A stretch of DNA of 64,000 nucleotides from Vicugna vicugna (lineage: Eukaryota), in NCBI GenBank assembly GCA_013265495.1, contig MU058213.1:6774066-6838065 (forward strand). Reading direction: 5' to 3'. Shown piece by piece: positions 38,500 to 51,134 of the stretch. The notes under the pieces were generated by a model. It did no database searches. It was given only the letters and a program-made list of their open reading frames with translations, and was not told the origin of the DNA. Within the stretch, counting starts at the first letter, position 1. The number at the start of each line of letters is the position of its first letter. The position numbers were made by a program, and so were the translations under genes.

Positions 38500-39819
38500 T
38501 AAATGCATTACCTTTTAAAGGGAGAATGGAGACGGGAAGAACAATCTTTTAATAAGAGAAATTTAAAACTCAGCTAATTAGAGGGGAAATGTTTCAGATC
38601 CAGCTCTATAAATTTGGCAAAAAAAAAAATTTTTTTTTAAAGCAGACCAGCTGGAAAGCAGTAAAGTATGTATGTACATTCTGATCTACACCACTGCCAG
38701 CTGCAGCTTCAAGGGTCTGGCAAAACTAGCTCTTGTACACTAAGTCCACTTCTTTCATTCCTAGAGACATACAGCCTCTTTTGAACTTGGGTGGTGATTT
38801 TATAAAGAATGCTGTTTTATTTACTCTCAATTAATCATGCTCGACTGTAAACAAAGTGTCTGTTTTAGTTCTGCTGACAATTATCCACTTGTCAACATCT
38901 CCCTCAAGTACCTTCAGCATCTGGCTACCGCAGGAAACCTCTACATCAAGATGAATATTTGTCTCTGTAAATGCAGGAATTCATGGGGTTCTTTAGCCCA
39001 TCAGCAGTCAGGATTATATTCTAACAAATGTCACCCAGGCATCTTGACGAAGATGTATATAATCAGATGATAAAGGGTTTCTCAGGATTTCCTTTCATTC
39101 TCTGTGTTTGCTTTGGCAAAAAGAAGAAAATGATTGTAACTTGGGGATTTTGTTGTGTGTGTGTGTGGGGGGTGAGTCTGTGACTTCAGATACTTTCACA
39201 AGCCACCGGGCACATGATGATAGCTCCAGAAGTTGCTGAGAAATCTGTGCCTCCATTAGTAACATTCCATTACATCAACAGAACCAAACTGTGTTATAAT
39301 TGGTGGTAATTTATGTAAGGAATGCATATGAGTTTTGTTGCAATTTCACCCGGGTTTGGAAGTAGCACGATGTTATTCACTGCCCAAAAAATCCTTTTAC
39401 TTAGGGGCACCTTTTTCTTTTGCTTAAAATGTGTGGGGAACATAGGGGAAAGTCACTGCCAAGATAATTAATATTTTCCAACAATAAGTTGTTTTAAAGG
39501 TGAATGTTATATCTGGTGATTTTTGAGGGGGAATTACTAGTGTGTTCCCTCCTTGGAGACAGGAGCCCCAGGAAAATTAACTCAACACCCATGCTGTATC
39601 CATTCTGTTCTTTCAACCAGAAGAAAAGAGAGAAATCATATATGCCATTTGGAGGCAGGGGGAGGGGAGAGAAGCAGGGGGCTCTGAAAGACCAGTCTTC
39701 TAGAAGAATGTATGGATTATTTCCCTAGATTTTACAACCCAGGGGTGAATTTACACCTAGTTCAAAATGGAAGACATTCCAATCACTTAATACCACTCCC
39801 TTCAAGATGTATGCCTGCC

Positions 39820-42800
39820 TGAGGAGTCCTGACCAGCTCGCAGGATGCAGACCGCCAAGGTCAAGTAGGTACCCAGAACAGCCCTGCCCGAGTCCAGATT
39901 AATCGAAAGTAGCCTACAGCCGAATGTCAACTCCAGAAAAATTAACCTCCTCAGAGAGGGAAACTGAGGACCAGGACGGCAGGGCCCACTCGACAAGGGC
40001 CTGGGATCGCTACAGAATCAGCTAAGGTGGATGGGGGAACAAGGAGGGCGTGGACACGGACTTGGAGGGAGCGGAGATGAGTAAAAGGGCCTGTTTCACT
40101 CCTTTCTGACAAAAGCTGATCAATCTAACCGCATGTAATTGATTTTAATGAGCAGGGGAGTCTCCTTCGCATTAACGATTGCCCCGAGTCATCAGAGTCA
40201 ACAGCCTGAGCAGGCGGCGACTCCCGGTGCAGACCTCGGTCTCTCCTCCCGGGCCAGCCCGTCTCAACCTGGGCACCAGCCACGCCGCCTAGCTTTGGGG
40301 CCCTAAAGGGCAGAGAGATCGGAGAACCCGGATCTTGGCCGGACTGCGGCCCAGTTTCACCTGGTAATTTATGCACAATTAATTGAGATATCTTTTATAC
40401 TTGATGTGTTGCAAAATTAATACCTAATTTATGTAATTAGTCAATTAACTCTAATTTCAGCATATGTTCCCAATGCCCAGAAGGTGTTCTGTTTCCCAGG
40501 TACTTATTTTGATGTCACGAAATGCAACTAATTAATTTTACATGCATATTAATTTGGGATCTCTTTTGCAGTTCCCTTTGTGCAAGTAATTTTAATATTT
40601 GTCTTTCTAACCTTTGGGGGCAGGGGGTTGGAGTTGCAGGTGGGCGTGAGCCGCACGTGGGCTTGAACCCAGATGATGCCTGAGGGGTGGCCCGGGTCCA
40701 GGGCAGGGAGCTCAGAAAGAGGCCTCAAGTGGCCGGGTGTTGGGTGGAAGGTATACATAGGGCGTAGGTGCTGCGCTTAGCAGGCCTTTAGGGGGCGTTG
40801 CGGATGCTGACCTTAAAGTGCATTTCGCACATGCCTTTGAGAAACTGCGCGCCTTAGGGCCCGGAGGCGGAGGTGCCTGGGCCGCCGAGGTGGCCCCAGG
40901 GCACTTTCTCGCGTCACTGGACAACTGGCTCTGTGCCCAGTCACCCTCACTCCCTGGAGCCAGCGAAAGGCTTTCTTTTCTTTCTTTTGCTTTCCTTTTT
41001 TTGCTTGCGGAAGGCAGACTCAGATTTCCAAGCTGGTCCTGGAAGCAGAAACAGAATAGGTTGCTCTGCGGTCGCGACACTCCCCTCTGGTCATCCTCGT
41101 TGCTACCTGAGTGCGGAGTCGGGGCGCCTGCGCTCCCCGAAGCTGCCGGGTGCAGGGAGAGAGGAACTGCGCCTCCCTCTCGGCCTGTGCAAGCTGCCAT
41201 CTGTCCTCTTCTGGCTCAGAGCTAAGATCAAGCGGGGCGAAAGTTTACTTCCCAAGTTATTGGGTGGCACATTAAAACTTTTATCCTTTTTGGACAAATT
41301 AATGAGCAATTTAATTAATAAAATCAGAGAGTAGTGTAAGTGCTATGATAATGAAGTCAAATGAGTGCACAGTAAAATATTCACTAATCCAGCGCATTGC
41401 CAAATACCCCTTAATTCTGCTTAACACTAAAAGGGGTTTTGAGCACCATAATGAGATTCCTCTGTCTGCTAATTAATTGACACGCTCCTGAATATTCATA
41501 TGAGCTAGCACCAATACGTTCCTAATTGCACCGTGGAATAGATCTCAGAGGAAAGTAAATCGCCATAGACTTAATTAAAATAATGTATTCCAGATCCAGG
41601 ACGGGAAAAGATGAGACATTTGCCTTCGAGCGCGCTAAGAAAGTGGCACCTGGTTGGTGGAGGGGAGAGATATCAAATGTCGGCGCCCAGCCTGAAATAA
41701 GCGGCCTGGGACGCGCTGGGAGGGCTTTCGGCTTCTAAAAACAGCAGCTATGCTGGGTCCAAACCCTGCGGCTGGGAGGAGGCTGCGGCTCCCAGGAGCG
41801 TCCGTGTTCCTGCCCTACCGGAAGAAGTGGCTGATGGGGCAGAGTCTAGGCCCCCGACCCTGGCCAGCGCCCTCTCTTTCCTCCTGCTGTCTGTCCCCAG
41901 GCCCGTCCGAAATGCAGTCTACGGAGGCGCGTAGGTCTCCGTGGTGCCGGGGGAAAGGGAAGATCGTCGGTCGGAAAATGTCCGGGAAACTTTTCCCAGA
42001 GGTTGTCGAAGTCGCAGCAGCCTCAACTCTCCCAACCCAAATTGCGATCTGAGAGAAGTCGCTGGCACTCTTTGGGGGAGGGCGATAGCTCCGGGGAAGA
42101 ATACCCGAATCCTGGCGATGCAGTCCTCTCTCTCCCGTCTCCCACACCCACTGGAACCGCCGCCCTGCCGTCCCAAAACCTCCTGGCTAACTTCCTGAAC
42201 GCAATTTTTCTTTCTTGTCGAGTCCAGTGCGGGAGTGGAGCCGGGGGGCATCCCAGCCGAGCTTTCCTCGGCGGGGAGGAGGGACAGCCGGGATGCAGAC
42301 CCTAAACTAAGCTCGACGGCAGAGCCATTTTCACCAGAGCCACGCAAGTTAAATAAAATTCTCGTTCCTTGGAAAGACAAGCTCTCCTCCGCCCTCTTTC
42401 TTTTGGAAAAAAAAAAATCACCACAGGTTAGAAACTAAAAAGAGTTTATTTGAAGACATACAAATGCATATTTATTATACACATGTAGGCATTAACAATG
42501 TAAATTACACCGCCAGCAGTTGCTGGTTGTTTATTCATTAGATCTTTAGAAAATCTACATTGCCTCCAGACAGCGCGATGATAATGTGAAATACACAAGC
42601 AGTTTACATAACCAACTTCGACGTCGAGCTCCGCGCTCCGCGACTCAGTCATCAACAGGTCGCCGGGATCCGGACGTGAAGGAAAACCTAAGTTGCTAAT
42701 AATTACCGAAGATATGAGGAACCTATGGAGCCTGCGGCTCCCTCTGTCCTTTTGGAAAAGGGTAAGAGATGTGGGGAAAAGGAAGGACCTGACTCAGTCT

Positions 42801-44150
42801 GTATGGTTCATCTCTTTTACCCTATGTGTAGCTTTCCCCCACCCCCGGAATTAAAGAAAAATAGATGAAAAGAGGATGAACGGACGGAACGGAAAGACCA
42901 ACAGCCTCTCCAAACTCCGGGTATTCAGAAGAGCCAGTTAAAGATTTTGAATCCAAACCGCTTTGGGGAGAGGGACGGGTGAAGTGAGAGATTAGAGGTT
43001 TTCTTCACCGCCTCCACTGGAAGGAAAGGCAGCCCACCTCAGTTAAAGGAAGCCATCGTCTCCACCAATCAAATCGCTGTGGCCACCACAAACAAGTGGT
43101 TATCACTCCGAAGAAAATCACCTGCTGGATCAGCCTTTTTGGAATTAAATTCTCGGTGATGCTGGATTTACCCAAAAGATGGAGAGGAGGAGGCACTTTA
43201 AAGGAGAAATGGCAGTTCAGAATTCATGTTTAAGAACATAAGTATGTACATATAAACATGTATCTAACATTCTGTCCTAATAAAAATGTTAAATAAATAA
43301 ATAAGGAGGAAGTGAGGGGTTGTTTAGTAGAGTCGCTATGGTGGTGGTGAAGGGTGGGGGGCTGGCGAACGACGCCAGCCACAGTTATAAGTGCCAAAGT
43401 CTCCTAAAAGCTGCACAGATGAGATGAACGGCCGACTTAATGATTTATACCACTCTCCGGAGTCACCCACTTATTGCGGCCTGCCACTCACCGCTGAGGT
43501 GTGCGGGTGATGGAGTTGGGGGTACGGGGAGGGCGTCTGAGTGTTCTGTTTCCTTCCTCCCTTCCGTCCTTTCTTTCGGTTGGCCCGGCTGGTCACACAA
43601 GCAAACGCACCGCGGATCCCGAACACTCTGCATTGCTGGGGAAGCAGCTAGTTTGCTTGCGGATCTAAAATCTGGTGTCCCTACCGCTGTGGAAACTGAA
43701 ACCAGAGTCTGAGAAAGAAGGGATGAGGGTAGACAGGGAGAGGGAAGAGGGAAGGAGAGAGAAACAGAGGAACGCAGACGGCGGCGTCGGTAAGCCCTCG
43801 GGGCAACCTCGTCTGCCCTACAGCTCGTCTGTACACAAGGACCCTCCAAGTGTGAACCAAGTGAGCGCCAGGAGCAGAGTCGGTGCTGAGCAGGAGGGCG
43901 CGCGGCGGGGGGTCGGCACCCCGCGCTGGGACCCGCGAAGCGCAGCCCTATCCCAGGTGAGACCCGCCTGAGCAGAAGGACCCCGCCGCCCAGGGGAGGC
44001 GAGCGCCGCTCAGCGCTGCAGGCCCCTCCAGGCCCCGCCTCCTAGCCATTCTTAGCTGGGGGAGGCCAGTAAGGATCAGCCGCTTTCTTTCTTTGCTTGC
44101 TTTCTTTTTCAAACCCGCTTTGTGGGTGGCAGCTCAGCGGGGGACGAATG
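39820..44150. promoter_or_regulatory. Upstream CpG-rich domain (several islands interleaved with AT-rich motif blocks)
   Basis: Dense CpG at about 40.2-41.25, 41.6-42.7 and 43.35-44.1 kb, with no credible ORF. Confidence 0.75.
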
Positions 44151-45959
44151 GAGACAAAAAAAAGTCCAAACCCGGTGTGGTGGGGGTGGGGAGAGAGAGG
44201 AAAAAGAGAGAAATCAAATAGTTTTAACCATCCCAGGAACACAGTGAGTGATTCTATCTAAAGGCTGTTGTGGTCTTCAGCGAACCCGGCTTCTACCATT
44301 AAGAAAACACATACTACACATGTCCACGGGGTTAATAAGCTCTCCTCCTCATCCCTGAACAAACAAAGCAGAAGTGCGAGGTATGAAGGCTGCAGACCTA
44401 TAGGTTATCCGGTTTCAAAATAAATTACAACGGGCGAATGCACCAACAAATATTATGGATGCAAGATATTCTTCATTTCAGAGGGCTGCAGTTCCCCCCA
44501 TAATTGATTTTATTCAAATTTCTCAGCAAAGGACATTTAATCTACTGTATGGGATTCACCCTATTATTGCTACAATCAATATCTTATATCCTCCCCCTCC
44601 CCGGATAACACATTCAAAGGAAGCTAAACCAGTTTTCCCACTTACAGGAAGCTTTGAAACACTTCATAAAGCTAAAAAATTGCCTTCCTGTTTCTGCCTT
44701 CCCTAAATCCTTCCTCCAAAATAGTATTTAAGAGTGAACGCCTAGCCAGAGATGCTGACTTCCCCCTACAAATCTGAGCAAACAAGAAATTCCTGACAAA
44801 GAAAATTAATATGAAAAGTATAGGGTGATTTCCCTCCTTCCCTTAAAAAAAAAAAAAGACCCTTTGCTCCACCCCGCTATTAAACAAAACACAATACCTT
44901 TTTCTGGGTGGTACTGCACAGAAGTTGATTCAGTTTTGACAATGTTGTTTAGCTATCATTTGCTATTTTGAATGAATGGGAGCAATCCCCCCTTTTACAA
45001 CATTTGTTTCCTATTATGGAGAGGTGCAGCAGTTGAGGGCAGACATGTGAAAGTGGCTGTTTGATTCTCTTTTTCATCCCCCTGACCCTGCTTTTGTCTC
45101 TCCTCACCCTGGGAATGTCACGCCTCGCTACTTCACTTTGAGATGCTCGAGAAAGTGGCTTTGTTATTCCCTTTTAGACATACACGAAATTGTTCTCATT
45201 CCCCCCGCTGTAAAAGATACTTCACATCGGGACTCGGTTCACAAGTGCAATGCAATTTGGCTTAGTCCAACCTTTGTTCTGCTTGTACAAATGAGCGAAC
45301 AGTGCACACATTATACAGTTGATCTACTGCTGTCTTAACCCCAGAGTTAGGGGCTGGGAGAAAAGCAAGTTAATCCCTTCAATACCAAGGTGGCTTTAGC
45401 AATATTTCCTCCAATAATAATAATAATAGATTTGAATTGCTTCTTCTATTTCACACAGTGTAGGGCAAAAACTTCTGGGGAGGGTTTAGCAACAACAACA
45501 AAAATCCTTCCACCAACCTTTTGCAAATAACTTGGGAGACAAACACATCTGTAGGCTGGGTAATGCCCAATTTAAAGCTATGCAATTGTTAGTACAAAGG
45601 AAGGACTGGATTTGGAAAATCAGGCTTTAAAGCCTTGAAATCTCAGAGCGAACCACTGCCAGCAAAGACCAAATGGTATTGAGTAAACCAATTCCAAAGA
45701 GAGGGCATTATGGTGAGCAGGGCAAGAGTTGTTTTCACAGGCATTGAAATGGCCTGCTCACTTTGGGTGGGGGTTGGCCCTTCTTGGAGATAGTGTCAAG
45801 CAGACCAGCACCAACCCCTGGCTACTGTTTTTTTCCTGCTTGAGATGGAGGGAAAACTGAGCCTTCTACACTCTCCAAACTGCAGAGCTGCTTGGGAAAT
45901 ACTTCTAAAATGTGTGGGGGTGTTGCCATGCCCTTTTTCCCCACCCCAAGGAAAACACA

Positions 45960-46079
45960 TTTTTTTTTTGGTGGGGGAAGTAATTAGGGTTGTATGTATG
46001 TATTTTTAACGGAGGTACTGGGGCCTAGGACCCTATGCACGCTAAGCATGCGCCCTACCACTGAGCTCTATCCTCCCCC
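45960..46079 (-). mobile_element. vic-1-like SINE with B-box deletion
   Basis: GGAGGTACTGGGG..CCTAGGACCC..CTAAGCATGCGCCCTACCACTGAGCTCTATCCTCCCCC. Imperfect TSD AAAACACATTTT / AAAACAGATTTT. Confidence 0.85.
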
Positions 46080-46379
46080 AAAACAGATTTTTAATGCAGG
46101 CACCCCAGCCATAGTCAGAGGCCTTACCCACTGCTAGGCAGCAGGGACTCAGGAGGGGACACCTCTGAATTTGAACCCCCCAGTTTGAATGGGGGTGAAG
46201 AGTGAGCAGGAAGTGGAGGCTCTTACAAGACTGAAGGGGAGCGGAGATAACTGATTTTGAGATCCATCAAAAGTTTCTTTCAGCCTCCTTGATACGAGTT
46301 AAGGTCCAAACCCCATGTAGCTCAGTCACCAACCAATGAAATACATGGCTTCAAAGTTCCCTGGCAGACATTCTTTGCC

Positions 46380-49300
46380 ACTAGTTGGAAAAACAGGTGT
46401 ACTCCTCCGCTACGTGGTGCTGGGGGTGAGGGTGGGGAGCACAGGCGAATGGGGGGCGGGGCGGAGAGGGCGAGGAGTCTTTTCACTGCCAGTTGGCCCT
46501 TGGCACCAGAGTGCAAAGCATGTCCCCTCCCCCGCATCTCTTCCTCAAGTAGTTTAATTTCCCACCCGACTCGGTCGAAGTGGCCAGGCAGTGTGGGTTC
46601 AAACACTTGGGGGCAGGCGTGGGAGAGCCATGGCCAATAGATTTCCCCTGACTCGGCACCCAACTGGGTCTCCAGGGTCCGACTCTGCCTCTTTCTGCCC
46701 CAAGTTGAGCGAACTTATTGAGAGGTGGTCCCTATGGTCCCCAAATGCAGAACGTTAGGGCCAGGCTGTGCCATGAGGGGGTGCTGGTGGTGCGGACGCA
46801 CAGATTCCGAGGACAGTCTCCAAGACACTCAGGGGGACATTTTTTTTTAATTGACCGTTGACAGGCTGAGGGAGTTTGTTTTAGTGTTGAATACCCCAGG
46901 AACAAAATCCTTTTGAAAGGAAAGCTAAGTCGTTTCACGCCACCAAAGTGCAGATTTGGTGAAGGCTGTCTAAATGGTACACGGTGCGTCAGCGCGGGTT
47001 CCCAGAGAGCGGAGAACCTGGGCACCTGCGGAACCCGCGGTAGGCGGCCTGGAAAGGCGGGGAGGGCCAGAGGCGGTCCCAAACCTGACATCTGTGCTCA
47101 GCACCAGCCCGTGACCTTCCCTCCATTGCCCCCACACTTTTAATGCCAGATTTGTAAAAATGCTGGGAAAAGTGGAAGAGAGAGAGAAAAAGTGAAGCGC
47201 AGGGGACTGAAGGACAGAAGGGCATTAGGAAAGAGGAAAGGAGAGAGAGCGGAGACTCAGACCAGAGGGGGATGGGGGAAGGGGGAGGGCGCGGAGAGAC
47301 TGAAGGAGAGGAGGGGTAGGACTCCCAGAGTGAAAGGAGGAGGAGAAGGGGGCCAAAGAAGGCTTAGCCCAAGCGCTCCAGGCAGCGCGGAGCTCACTTT
47401 CCAAGCCGAGAAGGCGAGTATTGTTTTTGGCGCCTAGGAAACCTTCGGAAGTTGCCGGGTACTTTCCTCCACCTCCCGTCGGTGTTTGGTAAATATTAAC
47501 AAACCGAGGCGCGTTACTTTCTGGAGTGCGGATGGAGGGGCTGTCCTGGGCTCGGGATAGTTCTCCTCTCCTAGAGCCTCCGCCCCCAGCCCCACCGTTC
47601 ACGCACACACACACCTGCTTGACAACAGAAGGAATCAAAATCAATATTGTATTTGTCACCCCTCTGTCTCCTTTTTACTCCCTCGGCAGCCCGGGTGCCA
47701 CTGAAGCGAATTGTGGATTTATGGAGGGAAATTAGCATAAATTATTACGAAATCTGTAGCCGTGTGTGGTCCAGCTTGTGGGAAAAGAGGCTATTGCGAA
47801 CTCTCCAAGCAGAAAGGTGGTCGTTGGTGGACTCCGCGGAGGGGATGAATGGCTATTGCACGAAAGAGATTTCCATTCGGTTTGCACATGGGTATAATTG
47901 ACTTATGCGTATTTTATACAGTTTTCCCAACAACTCCCTAAGCCTCCGGGTCGGATGTGCCCCCACCCCAAAGCTGTTTGCTTTGGGTTCTCTACAATAG
48001 ACTGATGCACTTTTCAGGATTTTGAAAAGTGGTCCTTCCCTCCTCCTCTTCATAATACCAGTCTTAAAACGCTGTAAATACCATGCAAATCACCCCCCCT
48101 TCCCTTGGGCTTTGTAGATTTTCAGTAGGAACTAAGATACATTTTTATACCAAAGTACAATTTTTAAATGTGTATTTCACAACTCCTCGCCCCACCCAAG
48201 GCAAACTTGTGCTATTAGGTTCAGTTTCCTTAATTACCCGTGGGCAAGGGCAATGTGCCTCCCCTCCCATCTTTACCACAGCCAAACTTTGAAGATTCCT
48301 ATTTGTGTCCTCTCATGTCCCAAAACTGTTGGTGACAACTTTCCCAGGGAGATGGACAAAGATTTATTCCAACTTTTTTTTAACCCAAACGTTTCCACTG
48401 TTTGAATTTAGTTAATCTTGTTTACTCGTAGCAATGATTTCGACAGCCATACAAAGGCCCTTTGCAAGGCAACAAAATGCCAATGGTTAAAATAAGAAAT
48501 CATCTCTCTTTCCCCGTCTCCCACCCTCAAGGTGCGCGGAAGCGCGCAAGCGCGGGTACGCGCACACACCAGACAGAAAAGAATCTTCCTGGCTATCACA
48601 GGAGGAACAGAGATTTTTCACTCCTACTGGTCCATATCCCAAATCCAACCCCTCTTAAGACTTAATCTATGTTTCTATATTTATGTACATATTTGCTAAG
48701 GGGATCCTAAAAATCCTTGAGGGGTTCGATGCTATTACCTCTCCTTCCCAGGAAGACTCCTGCCTCGCCCAGGGGAGCACCCTCTGTTTTGTACCTCTGA
48801 GGCTAGCTGCTTTCTGGAGCAGGAAAGCTATGGACCAACGCCTTTCTGTCTGGGAAACACAAGCCCTCCCTACTAGTCATCAGGGGTTCCTCAAGCTACT
48901 GAGCTCCCCAGCTCCTCCCATCTCAGGACCCTGGAGCCTAACCCAGGCGCGCCAAGTAATCCCCACCTCCCAGACGCCACACCTTGTTAGGAGATGAAGC
49001 GCGCGCAGCCCTAGCTAGAACCACTGCCTCCAGCCAAAGCTCGGATGAGGTTCCTCCCGGGTCCAACTGGTTTATCCGCGTAGGAGTTATCTGCCCTTCT
49101 CTAGTCGTGCCCCGAGAGACAGGTCAGCGTCCCTCCCCCACCTCTTCGCCCCCACCTCCTCCTCCTCCTGGTTATTTTTTCCCCGAATTAAGACAGTGAC
49201 ATTATTCTTTTCTTCGAGCACCTCTGTTAATATTGAAAAACGTGCGCGTGCATCTCAAGCGAGGCAGCCCAGACACGAGGGCCATTTCAATATTAATGAA
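46380..49300. promoter_or_regulatory. Second upstream CpG-rich domain
   Basis: CpG-rich patches at 46.4-47.9, 48.5 and 48.9-49.3 kb. Confidence 0.65.
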
Positions 49301-49381
49301 ATTGTTTAATCTCCTAAATTCATCGTGTTTAAGTTACGTTTTGGTGAGTTACTGACCACCTCGGAAACTGGTTAATGGAGG

Positions 49382-49422
49382 GTGTGTGTGTGTGTGTGTG
49401 TGCATGCGTGTGTGTGCGCGCG
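49382..49422. repeat. (GT)n/(GC)n alternating purine-pyrimidine tract
   Basis: 41 bp of unbroken RY alternation. Confidence 0.95.
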
Positions 49423-49742
49423 AGTTGAAAGATCTTTTAATGCTAACCTAACCACACACAGCTCCACTAATAATGCTCTAATACCACTAAAAGTGTCAAA
49501 ATTCACACCCAGAAATCTGCCACCACCTCCTCCTCCTGGAAAAAAAAAAGTTCTCACATTTCCGGACTGAAGATGATTCAGTGTGGGCTGCAGGTACTGA
49601 GTTTTTAACAATAATGTAGAAGGAATTTCTCTGAGAAACCATAAAGGTCGGAGAATGTGCAGAAACCAGTGGAAACGCCCAGCGTCTACTCTTACAGACT
49701 GCCTGCTTGCAGGCAGGGTTGACTCACTATTTCATTGCAATT

Positions 49743-49812
49743 TGATGATGACGACAACGATAACAACAACAACAACAACCACCACAACAACAACAACAAC
49801 AATAATAATAAT
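49743..49812. repeat. Compound trinucleotide microsatellite (GAT/GAC/AAC/AAT)n
   Basis: Directly visible. Confidence 0.9.
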
Positions 49813-50779
49813 TCATTGAACCTCTGGAGACAAATCCAAACCGAAGGGAATCAGCTGCCCACACCAGACAAGGTGACCCCAGGCACATCCCTGCTCACTT
49901 TTCTCTCCAAAAAAGGAAAACCCGTTGGTTCTTTGCAAATCTAGAAAGTACTGCTGTTTTAGTGGGGCCACAGGCAGCTTTTGCTGGGCCCTCTAAACCT
50001 CAAATAACTTCTCTCTATGCAAAAAAAAAAAAAAAAAAAAAAAAGGCAGGGAGGAAAGTTCCGGCTGTAAAATGCAAACTTCCAGGCAACGCCTAACCCC
50101 TCCAGTTTCAAACCACCTGGGGAAAGCGAGAGACCCTGTTTGTGTGTCAAACAAAATCAGGCCCTCCCCAGGTCCACACAACGTCTACCCCAACAGTCCC
50201 AGAGCCTTCTTCCTGTAGCTAGCCAAATTCCTGGAGGACATTTTTAAATGAACACCTTGCCTATTTGCCCAGAAACGCTATTTTAATTTTTTAAATTTGG
50301 CCAATACACTTAGATTCAAAATGGGCCCTTACACGGGGTTGTCCAATTATATTTTTTGGTATTTCAAAACCCCATCACTTAAAGCTACACACCCACTGTG
50401 CAGAGCTAAGGCAGCCGCCTAGGAAGGTCAGATCAAACTTCGACCTGCCTCTTGCAGGACTGGGGGAAGGGTGTATTTTCATTACAATAACCCATGCAAT
50501 CAGCCCTGGGTAATGCCAAGCGCAGGAAAAGGGTCTGCTTCTGAGGAAAGCCGTGCCTGAAGTTAGCTAACAATACAAACCCGATACATTGCAGAGGAAA
50601 CAAAATACCCCAGCCAAGCAATTTCCATGTCAAACATCATCTGCGCGGCAGCTCGGTCTGTGAACGTCAGTGGTTGCCTGAATCCCTGCTCCGCGGCCGC
50701 CGCCTCCTCATACCTTCACACCGCGCACCCAGGCCGGCGCGTTCCGCTCCCCGCCGGTGGCCGAGGCTCTTCCCCCTGG

Positions 50780-51030
50780 CCCAGTCTTGAGCTGGAAGTG
50801 ATTCCTATTGGCCAAGGTGTCCATGTAAATAGGTGTGAAAGAAACTGGAGCTGGCCCGGCTCGCCCCTCTCGCGCAGTCCCCTCCCTCTGCAGCCCCCGC
50901 TCCCCCTCCTCCTCCTCCTCCCAAGGCGATTGTCATATGATAGCTAAGAAGTGGCACATTAATGAAGCGCCGCTACAGGGGTCTTTTCTGCTCCTGTCAC
51001 CGCTTAAAACTATCAGATGGTTCGAGAGAG
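50780..51030 (+). promoter_or_regulatory. FOXB1: FOXB1 proximal promoter (TSS not determinable)
   Basis: Inside a CpG island. Inverted CCAAT box (ATTGG 50807-50811), forkhead-type TGTAAATA (50824-50831), C-rich tract 50860-50922, then a motif-dense AT-richer block 50927-51020. Confidence 0.65.
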
Positions 51031-51098
51031 GACATGGAGGCAGCCACCTAGCTCAGCAGAGCTGCGGAGCCCACAGCAGCGCCCTCCGGAGCCCCGAG

Positions 51099-51134
51099 GC
51101 CGCCGCTGCCGCTGCCGCTGCCGCTGCCGCTGCC
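51099..51134 (+). repeat. (GCCGCT)5 repeat in FOXB1 exon 1 / 5' region
   Basis: GCC followed by (GCCGCT)x5 and GCC. Confidence 0.9.

Noticed and set aside
40712..44242. Many overlapping 100-160-aa ORFs on both strands
   Set aside because: Stop-codon scarcity in GC-rich DNA; no domains and no coherent exon structure.
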